Source: Ruditapes philippinarum
Lineage: Eukaryota
DNA: 64,000 nucleotides
Assembly: GCF_026571515.1 (NCBI RefSeq)
Contig: NW_026852804.1
Location: 186,001-250,000 of the forward strand
Direction: 5' to 3'
Under the pieces are notes generated by a model. It was given only the letters and a program-made list of their open reading frames with translations. It ran no database searches and was not told the DNA's origin. Positions 53,851 to 64,000 of this stretch are shown in pieces. Numbering within the stretch: position 1 is the stretch's first letter; the number at the start of each line of letters is the position of its first letter. The translations under genes and the position numbers were made by a program.

Positions 53851-56800
53851 CCAAGAGTTACTATTCTTATTGGAGTCATAGTTTAAAGTATTGTCGTTTA
53901 CAATTTCATTAGTCAAATTAACATTGGTTTCTCCATATTGAAATGAATTATTTTCACAAATATCTAACGCACGGCGATCCCAAGAATTCTGATTCCTCAG
54001 CCATGAAGTTGGTACTGGCATGTAGACCATGTTCTCGTCTCTCCTCCCTGTAAACCTCCCTTTCTGAAAATGAGACTTGTTGTCCATTTTGTTACTGCTA
54101 TGGTCATCAGATGGCATCGTAGATATGCCTAGGACATAGTTTATAGCCTTCCTCATGTTTGTTCCAAACAGTTTTCCACCAGGGTTGCCAGCACTTTGGT
54201 GAAATAAAATTCCCTGACTTTTCCCTGACTTTTCACTGACCAATTCATGTTTTTCACTGACCAAAATCGTCAAACATATAAACGGCCTCCTGACCTCCCC
54301 TATAGCCGTCCAATCCTCCCATTATATTTTTGCATATAAACTTGTATTTATTTTCCAAAATATAAAACCTTTACATCAAAGTAATGATTCAAACATTGTG
54401 TTCTACTATTCTTAACTATTTCTATTCAAACACAGTGTGACTGTTGGTCAGTGAAAAATGTGAAACATATGACATGAAAATCAGAAGAATCATAATATAA
54501 GCATCTGTATTAGAAATCACATAAGTCATTCTTTCCTTCCTAGTAGTAACACATAAAACACCAAGACTATAAGAGTAATACTTGTATGACAAAACTTAAA
54601 ATTCAACCATCTCTAAACTATAAGAACAATAAACATTTAACACAGTTACTTTATATAAGGCATCATGATAAACTCCACTGATTGTGAAAACAAGAACATA
54701 GGACTCATTTTGGAATTTCATGAAATAATCACTATAAAATTAAAGACTTTGAATGAGTGAAGTAAGTTAGTGTGAAAAACATAGCATTGCATGATTTAAC
54801 CAGATTTATATAATTTAATTATGTTATCTGCCATCAAATCCCTTTATTTGGTGATATAAAGAAAAACCGCAACACCTGAAAGCCATGTCAACCCTGGCCC
54901 CTTCCCCCCCCGAATGTGTTTTTCTCATTTTTAAAAAATGTTTTATGGGAATTGAGCAGAAAAACTTCCCCTTTTTTGGTCTTTTTGGGGAATGAAAAAA
55001 TGAAAGGCTATAGTTTATGTACGATTTGAAAACCCATGTGAAACTGAAAGGTGAAAAAAACAAAAGGGGAAAATTTCTGGAAAAAAAAAATTTTCAGGGT
55101 AAAGGTTTTTTCATTCTTTTTTGGCCGCACCCCTTTCCCCAGTTTTAAAATTTCCAACCTATGAATTTACCCAAATTGAACATGATGGCTTTTAGTGGAA
55201 ATTTCAGATTTTAAAAACTTGTGAATCTGGGTGGCTTTTAAAATAACCCCAAAAAAGGGAAAACTCAAAAAAATTAAAAAAAAGGTGAGTTAAATTTTAT
55301 TCTTGTGCCCCTGGAAACCCCCCCTGGGGTTAGATCTAAAAGCCCCCTAAAGAAGTTTCATAAAAGATATCCCAAAGGCCTTTTTTAGTTTTTGCTCTGG
55401 ACAAAAAATTTTTTTTGAAAAAAAAACAAAGGGCCAAAAAACCCCAAAAAAATTAATTTCAGGGGAGAAATTTTTATTTTTTTTGCCCCAGGGAACCCCC
55501 TTCCCCAATGGGGTTTTATTTCCACCTATTTATAAAACTTTTAGGAAAAAGGAAAATTAAAAGTCAGGTAAAATTTTTCTTTTTCTCGGGGTTATATTCC
55601 TACAAAAACAAAAAGGGAAAATTTCGGATTTACTTTAGGCTCTTAAAAGGGCCAAAAGGGTTTTTCAAAAAGCCTTTTCGTATTTAGGGGTGAATGATTT
55701 CATCCAGGTAAAAAATAAGTATTATAAATCACTAAGTTTAAAATCAAAAATCTTTTTTAATAACACAGGTTTAAATGTTTAATTTTAATTTTAAAAGCCC
55801 TTTAACCCGTGGGAGTAAAAAAGTTTAAAATATTAAATGCCTAAAGACTGCCATCGCCAAGAAAGACCTTCAATGTGTATATTTTTCGACCTTTGAAATA
55901 ATTTTTCCCTGACTTTTCACTGACTTTTCAGGATTTTCATTTTTCACTGACCAAATTTCAAAATTCCCTGACAATTCCCTGACCTTGAAAAAAATCCCAA
56001 TTTCCCTGACTTTTCAAGTCCGCTGGCAACCCTGTCCACCCTTTCTATTTAGATGTAAATAGTCTTTATACAGCGATTTGTCTGTAGTACCATGCAGGAT
56101 AAAGTCAGAGTCATGGTTGATATAGTGATGACCACCATCTGCACACAGATCTCTAAACCTGTTGTTGGTTTCAGATATAATGGTGTTGACAAGTTTGTCA
56201 TTTCTTCTAGGTAGAATTGAAGAAATGATTATTTTACACTCTGAGTTGATGGTTTTTACAGTGTGTATTGTATCCTTCAGCTCATCAACTATGTACTGGC
56301 TGGAATCTGCATCAGATATATTATTTGTGCCTACATGAAGTACTATTACATCTTTATCCTTTATTCCATTTGAATCTGTATCATTCATTGATATGAAGGT
56401 ATTTTCAATTGTGCGTATTCTTCCACCAGAGTGAGTCTTGATGTTAACTTTCACATTCTCAGATTATGTTTCAGTTTTGATAACTCACTTTCAACTTTTT
56501 CACACTTGTCATTTTGTTCAATGACTTTCATGCGTAGAATTTCATTTTCACGTTTTGTATTTTCTATTACATTGAGCAATTTTTCATTTTCACATTTCAG
56601 AATTTTGGATTGAGACAGAAACTGTTTTAATGTGTTTTGAAGGTCTTTGTTTTCTTCCATTTGCTTTTTAAGCTCTTCATTGTTGTTATCAGTAGTATCT
56701 TTGTTAACTAATGGACATATTAATGGTTCACTTTCATCATTACCAACCATACCTTTTACAGACCTATCAGTAGTGATGATAACAGACAGATTGTCACACT

Positions 56801-57535
56801 TAATTACGTCTTCATTCACTAAAGGTTCATTTATATCAGACTCAAATCCTTCTTTCACTAAAGTTTCATCACTATTTGCATTATTTTCAATCTGAACAAT
56901 TTTTACTTGCTCACTTTTTGATGATTTTTCAGCTACTGGCTGTTTGACAAAGGTTTGCTCATTGTTGTTGTTATTGAAAAGTGTTGCGCTACCTCCCTTT
57001 AAATAAGACGCGCTCCTTTGATTACTTGGTCTAATTGGTGTCCTGTTTCTTGGACTACGCAAGATATTTACTATGCTAGAGAGATATTGCAAAGGACTTT
57101 TGGATGTTCTACTACTGACTGGAGAACTATCATTTTGGTTTACTTCGTTTGGAGATTGACGATTGTCTGGAATGGTCACACTCAATTTATCCAATATTGT
57201 TTTAAAAATTGTGTTCTTCCACTTCCAACATCCTTTCCCTTGAATAAATATTGTTTTATTTTCATAAATTGTGACAACAGTTTTCTTTTCATTTTCAGAT
57301 ATGTGTGTTTCAATACCATTAGTGTTTTTGTTTATTTTAAAAGAGTACTTTTTACATAGATAATCCTTTATTTCTTCATAATTTATTTATGTTTCCTGTG
57401 TAAAAATTGTAACAGTGATGGCATCAGTTTTATTTGAAAATTTTGTGTTATATAATACACCTTCATTTCTATCATTAAAATCGATAGTTTCTTCCATTTC
57501 ACATTTTACACGACACACCAAAGACGGTACCATAT
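53850..57535 (-). pseudogene. LINE ORF1: coiled coil + SGNH/GDSL esterase, split by a DNA transposon
   Basis: Heptad-like EELKKQMEENKDLQNTL..; VIVLHVGTNNI, ISSILPRRND, DYLHLNRKG. Continues in frame as GKLFGTNMRKAI once 54180-56034 and one TSD copy are removed. Confidence 0.88.
54180..56034. mobile_element. Non-autonomous DNA transposon with CAGGGTTGCCAGC TIRs and 5-bp TSD (hAT5-like)
   Basis: cagggttgccagc (54180) / gctggcaaccctg (ends 56034). TSD TCCAC at 54175-79 and 56035-39. Subterminal ttccctgac / tttcactgac arrays at both ends. Confidence 0.9.
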
Positions 57536-58169
57536 GCGAAACTATTAGCGGTTTTTAACCGTTACAGTTTGTACTTTAGTTTAGTTGGCGTACTTTCCGG
57601 TTTATTCTAATCAAGTATACCGCTATACAAATTGATGAGCGTCTATATATCATGATCGTAATTGTCTGCACAAGGTCATTCTCATTTCTTACAATTTAGA
57701 CGTGTATTTCAAAAATAAAAACCATAGTTACTTTCCTTTAATGTTATTTCACTATTGTGCAAAGTTATTTTATAATCAATCACGTGTATCCATATAAATT
57801 TTGTAAAAATAATTCGGCGAGTGCCGCGGATGTTTACATGCTGTGCTCGATTTATATGTGAAATGTATGGTTCTGGTTTTGTACATTGTTATTTTGTAAC
57901 TGTACAATAGAGTCATTCATTGTAAAGTTAGAAGCAAATGAAATATACAGACGTTGAGAATGAAAATCAGTTGATGTTTTTTTTGTGCTAAATTGAGAGC
58001 TAGAAAAGTCCAGATTTTCTTAAACGAGTGGATAGACATGTATTTGCTTATGTAAATGAAGGTATGTAAGTTCAATAGTTTGTACTTAATTTACAGTTTG
58101 TATTAATTGAATAAGCGTTGTTATAAAAATATATTGTTAAATAACTATATTGTTAAATAACTATAAAAA

Positions 58170-58560
58170 AGCACATGCCAAGTTCAATAACACGATGGCC
58201 TGCCTTAAAACAGTGCCAATATCTATATCACTTTTTCGGCCCCGGCCGAAAAGTGATGTATATATAAATACCGCATTTGAAGTAATTTGATTGGCTAATA
58301 AAGCAGGGCCAAAAAAAAGGAATAGATTTCTACAAGAAACTGGGAAATGGCAGCCATTTTGTTTTAACTGGGTCTATGTGTAGACGCCGACAGTTGCATA
58401 AATGAAACAAAATATTCTCAGTTTCTTAACTTTCACGTCATGATTGAGTAGAGTTGAACCGATTGTGTTATAAATCAAGCCTTCGGCCTTGTGCCAATAC
58501 GACTGCCCTCGGACAAATAACAGGGCCAATATCAAACCACTTATTTATTAACATATTGAT
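58170..58560. repeat. Hairpin-rich interspersed element (Crypton-like style)
   Basis: Hairpin atcactttttcggc-ccc-ggccgaaaagtgat at 58227-57; further gccttcggc / ccctcgg motifs resembling 50630-50700. Confidence 0.45.
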
Positions 58561-60355
58561 ACCTCAGCAGGTAGTTGTTACAAAAAGGATTTTACTTAGT
58601 AACCATAACTCATTTTAGTACTGCATAAACTGCGGCCATTGAACAAAATAGAGGATTGCAAACTTGCCTGTAATTAATTATATGATTCATATATTTTTAG
58701 TCATATACATGTTTGCGATTGATTGGTCCTGCCTCCTATGATGATGTTGTATTCCTTTTGTCTCTTATCTTCCGTTTCACCTGAGCAAACGCTACTCATA
58801 GCAGAAGGTACTTATAGCTGGTGCTAGTGGGCATGGCCGGTAACTTGCACTATCTAGTACTTTCCAGCAACATTTATAATTTTGTTGTTTTGGGTGTTCT
58901 TTGTGGATTTCATATTTCTCTATTCTATTGTAATAACAGGGTGCCCGTAATGAGTTTTCCGTCGTCAGTCTTTATCCACAATTTTGAATAAAATCTCTTT
59001 TACCACATAGTAGATGCTGATCAAATTTCTTAGGAATCCTTCAGTTATCTACAAAAAGTGGATGCTTATGTAGGTTACAATACTTATAGCAGATTTGGAA
59101 ATGAAATCTTTGAGTAAAGTAATTTATATTTCCCTGTTTTGAGGTATTCTCATTATACAGATTTGAAAAAGAAACCGCTTTTTGGCTGAAATTCCATACC
59201 GTATTCCCCTGTGAAAACCTAGAATTAATGCTCTATGCATATTGAATACATGTCAGGTACTAGTCCGAGTTATTCAATCTTATCTCAGTCAAGCTCGTCC
59301 AAAATTGTATTTATTTGGCAGCAGCAATTCAAAATGTATAGGTCACCTTTTGGTAGATAATAACCTATAAGAACATGAATAGTTTCATGTCCGGGGTCCG
59401 TACTCTCAGTGCCTGAAAGGGTGGATAGGTCCTCATTAAACATACAGTATACATACTATGATAGTATTTTTATAAAATTATAGGCTAGTATTCATGTGAC
59501 AAGAGCATAGTTCTTTAGCATGTATCAATATAGATCTCACTTATTGATAGAAAAATTTAATTAAAATCATTTTAGGCATACTTGCTAATGCCGACTTGGA
59601 GATATATGCATGCTTTTCAAATGGGTAATAGATATACCTCTATATTGAACATTCACAATCATAATGATATTCATCGTGTTGAAAAGTTAAGTGCATAGAA
59701 GCCATGATAATAAAACCACTATATAATTTTCATTTTTGCTCATATCACGCGAATGTTTGCAACTTACGCATTGCTATTGTTCTAGAACAAAATCAGAAAC
59801 ATATTCTGAATTCAAGTTACTCACTTAATTCTTAGAAAGGCATTATGTTTGTTTATGTCATGTGCATTTTTTTTCATTTGTTACCAAAAATGTTGGTTTC
59901 AACCGGTAAATTTTTGTTCAAGACAACCACGAATAACGTCGGCGTCGCATCATATGAATGATACTTTCACAAACCAACAATATATTATTGTAATTTTGGG
60001 TTTTGTTATTACTTGTATATAAAGGAATTGACAAAAACTGATTATAAAAGGGGAAAAACATTACAACGCAAGGCGGTGGGTCCGATTCCATAAATGACTA
60101 TTTAAGAGTTCACTTAAACACGGCTTCTTTGAACGATAACTGCTATGACGGAACGAAATAAGTCAATATCTTATTTAAGCAGGCTTCATAGACAATGGTT
60201 ACGACTGCATTAGTTGACTTATTATTTGAAAGAATGTAACCATAAGTCAAATAATTTTATATAATTCTGATATTATATTTCTGGCAGGTGGAAATAGATC
60301 TACCTGAATATTCACATGAGGAGACAATAAAGGGACTGGCAAGATAATAAAGATA

Positions 60356-60742
60356 GCCTGAAGAAGCCATGGACATGTGCCTAAACAAACCATGAACATA
60401 TCGCTGAAAAAGCTATGAGCATGTGTTTGAATAAGTAATAACATTCTGTTGAGAAAACCATGAACATATGGCTAAGCAAGCCATGAACATATGCCTGAGA
60501 AAGCCATGAACATATGCCCGAAAAAATAATGAATATATGCTTGGGAAAGCCATGCACGTATGCCTGAGAAAGACATGAACATATGCATGAGAAAGCCATG
60601 AACATATGCCTGAGAAATCCATGAACATAAGCCATAAACATAAGCCTGAGAAAGCCATGAACATATACCTGAGCAAGTCATGAACATTTGCCTGAGCAAG
60701 CGATGAACATATCCACGAGGCAGCCAAAAACCATGAACATGT
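60356..60742. repeat. Minisatellite, 23-bp unit
   Basis: Consensus gcctgagaaagccatgaacatat, ~17 copies. Confidence 0.93.
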
Positions 60743-60774
60743 TATAGCAAGTCAAAATCAGGTAGCTAGAAATT

Positions 60775-62210
60775 AACTGTTATTCAAATGTTATTTGTTA
60801 CTCTTACTAATTGTTGTTATAACTGTTACTTTAATACTATTTAACTGTTGTTGTTACTGTTACAATCTTATTGTTCCTGTTTCTGTTATTGTAACTGTTA
60901 CTTTATTGTTACTTTTATGTTATTTTGCTGTTATCAATTGTTATTGTTACTGTTACATTTTTGTTATTGTTCCTGTTACTGGTATTGTTACACCCTTGTT
61001 ACTTTGTTATTGTTGCTGTTACTAATTGTTATTGTTTCAGCTACTGTTACATTCCGGTTACTGATGTTGTTACATTCTTGTTGTTGTTGCTGTTACCAAT
61101 AGTTATTGTTACTGTAACTTGAATGTTATTGTTAATCTAACTAATTGTTATTGTTACTGTTATTCAAATAATATTTGTTACTCTTACTAATTGTTATTAT
61201 AACTGTTACTTTAATATCCTTGTTACTGTTATTGTTACTGTTATACTGTTATATTTTTGTTATTGTTCCAGTTACTGTTATTGTTACCTTCTTGTTATTG
61301 TTCCAAGTACTGTTATTTTTACTGTTTCATTCTTGTTATTGTTCAAATTACTGGTTTTGTTATTGTAACTTTCTTGTTATTGTTCCTGATACTGTTTAAT
61401 TCATGTTATTGTTCCAGTTTCTGTTATTGTTACTGTTACTTTCCTGTTTATGTTCCAGTTACTGTTATTGTTACTGTTACTTTCTTGCTATTGTTCCAGT
61501 TACCGTTATTGTTACTTTCTTGTTATTGTTCCAGCTACCGTTATTTTTACTGTTACTCTCTTGTTAATAATCCAGTTGTTGTTATTGTTACTGTTACTTT
61601 CTTGTTATTGTTCCAGTTACTGTTATTGTTGCTGTTATTTTCTAGATATTGTTCCAGTTACTGTTACTTTCTTGTTTTTGTTCCAGTTACTGTTATTATT
61701 ACTGTTAGTTTCTTGTTAATGTTCCGGTTAAAGTTATTGTTACTATTTCATTTTGTTATTGATCTAGTTACTGTTATTGTTACTGTTACTTTCTTGTTAT
61801 TGTTCAAATTACTGTTACTGTTACTGTTTCATTCTTGATTGTGTTCCTGTTTCTGTTATTGTTACAGTTACATTCTTGTTATTGTTCAAGGTACTGTTAT
61901 TGTTACTGTTACTTTCTTTTGGTTGTTCCAGTTACCGTTATTGTTATTGTTTCTTTCCTGTTATTGTTCCAGTTACCGTTATTGTTACTGTTACTTTCTT
62001 GTTATGATTCCAGTTACTGTTACTGTTTCATTCTTGATTTTGTTCCTGTTACTGTTATTTTTACTGTTTCATTATTGTTATTGTTCAAGTTACTGTTTTT
62101 GTTATTGCTACTTTCTTGCTATTGTTCCGGAAACTGTTATTGTTACTGTTTCATTCTTGATTTTGTTCCTGTTACTGTTATTTTTACTGTTTCATTATTG
62201 TTATTGTTCA
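60775..62210. repeat. Low-complexity satellite: TGTTAY hexamers organised into a ~41-bp higher-order unit
   Basis: Consensus ttgttattgttccagttactgttattgttactgttactttc. Confidence 0.93.
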
Positions 62211-62211
62211 G

Positions 62212-63082
62212 ACTTTTAAAGGATTAATCTTTTGCTGTGTTGGACCACCGGGGGTTGTGAAGACATGTGTTAGAATATCTGTAACTCGAACGCATATCAA
62301 GAGGTTGTTACAGGTATGTAAATTACACACCTTATTACAATTGTGATATAGTAGATTCAAGATTCAAAAGTTTATTTTACGTAATATAGGCCTCTTTCCC
62401 AACATACACACCAACATATATTAATTTAACATTGTTTAAGGGTTGTGATCATACATTTTATATAGAGGATATTGAATGATTTGATACTAAGCCTACTGAA
62501 CGAGTAAAACAAAATTCAAAGAACGGTTCTCATATTCTTTAGTATTACATAAGTATGCAAATATATCTATGTAATTTCAGCCAGAGTAAGACATACGAGA
62601 TGTGAAATGTGCTGAGTGTTTATAAGTGTTTGACTAGTTTATTGTAACCTATTTTACACACAGCTACAGTATATATACCTAGACAATTGTCATTTTTACT
62701 GATTCATTACACTGTACAACTGTTTTCATTGAATAAGATTAAAATTTATTGGATATAAATATGTAAAACTTAAATTATATGCATGAAGTATTTTTATATT
62801 CAACAAATTGTTTTAGCAGCAAGATCGGGAAGTGTTAAAATGTCGGTATATAGAAGAATACAAGTCTTTAAGTCTACAAGAACGGTATTTTGGATATATG
62901 TAGTATCTGAACAGTTATAATGTTTAGTATTGCCCAGTATAAAAGTAACTTGCAGTTCCTTGTAAAAGTGAAGACAACTAGTACTGGTAAACTGCTTGGC
63001 AGCGTACCATGGAACGATGCTGTCGCTGAACAATGCTCTTGTTAATTAAGTAGCTTACTGCTGTGATCAGGGGGTCAAACTA

Positions 63083-63116
<34 letters not shown>

Positions 63117-63477
63117 CAAAAAAAACAACCCCGGTATACTGTTTATTAAAGAGCTTTATTTGGTTTATATGGTTTTCAGGCGTGTGTAGTTGTAAGGTGA
63201 AGAACTAACATAACGGAAAATGTTCTAAAAAGAATTAAAATTGATAGTGACTTTGCTTGCTCTCTTTTTTGTTGTCGCATTTGTTATAAAGGTCTTCCTT
63301 TTAACCATTACACACATATAGATTTGTTTTGTACTGTATGTGGAAAACACTTCGATAACATGAAACCTCACCCATAGAATTTTATAATTACAGGCGAAGA
63401 GTGCGGTTGTGTTTTGGTTGTGCTGATATACTGCCTGGTTGACTCACATACCCAGCCTGATAGATGAAACTGACAAG
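62212..63477 (+). pseudogene. LONP2: Degenerate Lon protease (LONP2-like) AAA+ exons
   Basis: AG/GT-bounded 62212-62313 reads TFKGLIFCCVGPPGVVKTCVRISVTRT, versus the LONP2 motif [21 protein letters not shown]. Downstream LPG*L (63431-45; cf. MPGRI) and LIDETDK (63457-77; cf. Walker B L[IL]DEVDK). Confidence 0.7.
62930..63125 (+). mobile_element. SINE body with long poly(A) tail
   Basis: Homologous to 44170-44372; A-run at 63084-63115. Confidence 0.72.
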
Positions 63478-63490
63478 ACCACAGATATCA

Positions 63491-63706
63491 TTAACCCTTA
63501 CTTTGCTGATGGCAACACATTTGATTCTTGTAACAAATGCAGACCAATATCAGCCGGCATATTTACAATGCCTGATAGTGGTCTTCACAATTCGCTATTC
63601 AGCCAATAAATAATTTTTGAAATTTCCCTAAAATTGGTGAATGTGTTTTGCCAAATTGAAAGATGGACAAGAACATTAAAAAGACATTTATCATGGTAAT
63701 GGTTAG
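63491..63706. mobile_element. Degenerate TTAA-type (piggyBac-like) MITE
   Basis: Imperfect inverted ends ttaacccttac...gtaatggttag. The internal cagacc..atcagcc.gcat resembles the arms of the palindromic MITE. Confidence 0.5.
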
Positions 63707-64000
63707 TACTTCTCCACATGTGTTTTTTATGTTGGAAGGGTGGTTTCAAGTTGAATTTAAGAAAATATTTTGAAGAAACGTTTATAGCCAACAATAATCA
63801 CTTATTGGATATTAGAGACACGGCAAATATAGTAAAATATTACAGAAATGCAAAGATGATTATCTTATATAAGAACATGGCATTACGCACTTTGCAAACA
63901 TTAATTTTACAAAATTTCCATAACTATTGATACATTAAGTATGTAAATATATTGTTAAATAAATGAAATTTGAAAAATGAAAATTGTTGTGTTGCCTTTA

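Larger units (their letters stand above)
50768..57858 (-). mobile_element. Full-length non-LTR retrotransposon (CR1/L2 group)
   Basis: 3' (TTA)n tail at 50768-50810 preceded by AATAAA; ORF2 and ORF1 remnants; candidate 10-bp TSD tgaaatgtat at 50758-67 and 57859-68. Confidence 0.9.
48360..60357 (-). pseudogene. Disrupted multi-exon gene for a single-pass receptor-like protein (signal-like exon, C-type-lectin-like and WSC-like Cys motifs, TM, Tyr-motif tail)
   Basis: Phase-consistent splice chain: ~60357-60304 (YLYYLASPFIVSSCEYS, phase 1) | 60204-60065 (YFVPS*QLSFKEAVFK*TLK*, phase 0) | 59963-59885 (open, phase 1) | 59412-59347 (open, phase 1) | 59218-> (RYGISAK..ICYKYC..LLCG). Further exons at ~58668-58563 and 49661-49472 (YTWQGIFLAQRS..HCSII). 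TM-like segment at ~49312-49232; tail motifs LYSNL (49191-205) and FYTSL / HIYMSI (48545-86). Confidence 0.55.

Noticed and set aside
60247-60727. Overlapping minus-strand ORFs
   Set aside because: Products of the 23-bp minisatellite.
60795-62227. Long Cys/Leu/Val-rich ORFs in all three plus frames
   Set aside because: Translation of a stop-poor TGTTAY satellite; open in every frame.

Overview
AT-rich eukaryotic genomic DNA. The repeat families (Helentron-associated HINEs, palindromic ATGAGCCGCG MITEs, SINE bodies) point to a bivalve mollusc, probably a clam; this is inference. No intact protein-coding gene is visible, and most ORFs in the supplied track are spurious. 1-22 kb is a mosaic of old local duplications carrying a DD35D pogo-type transposon with a C-terminal PHD finger, a solo LTR, HINEs and three MITE copies. 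Three intron-containing host genes can be pieced together by hand, and all carry stops or frameshifts. One is a plus-strand Pro/Val/Tyr/Arg-rich repeat protein with micro-exons (39.8-47.8 kb). The other two are convergent, apparently paralogous single-pass receptor-like genes with C-type-lectin-like and WSC-like Cys motifs and Tyr-motif tails (plus 22.9-32.1 kb; minus 48.4-60.4 kb). A full-length CR1/L2-group LINE with an SGNH-esterase ORF1 lies in a predicted intron of the minus gene, and is itself split by a DNA transposon with a 5-bp TSD. The right end has two minisatellites and degenerate Lon-protease exons. Many disruptions beyond ~22 kb are 1-bp insertions in homopolymers, so assembly error is a serious alternative to pseudogenisation.
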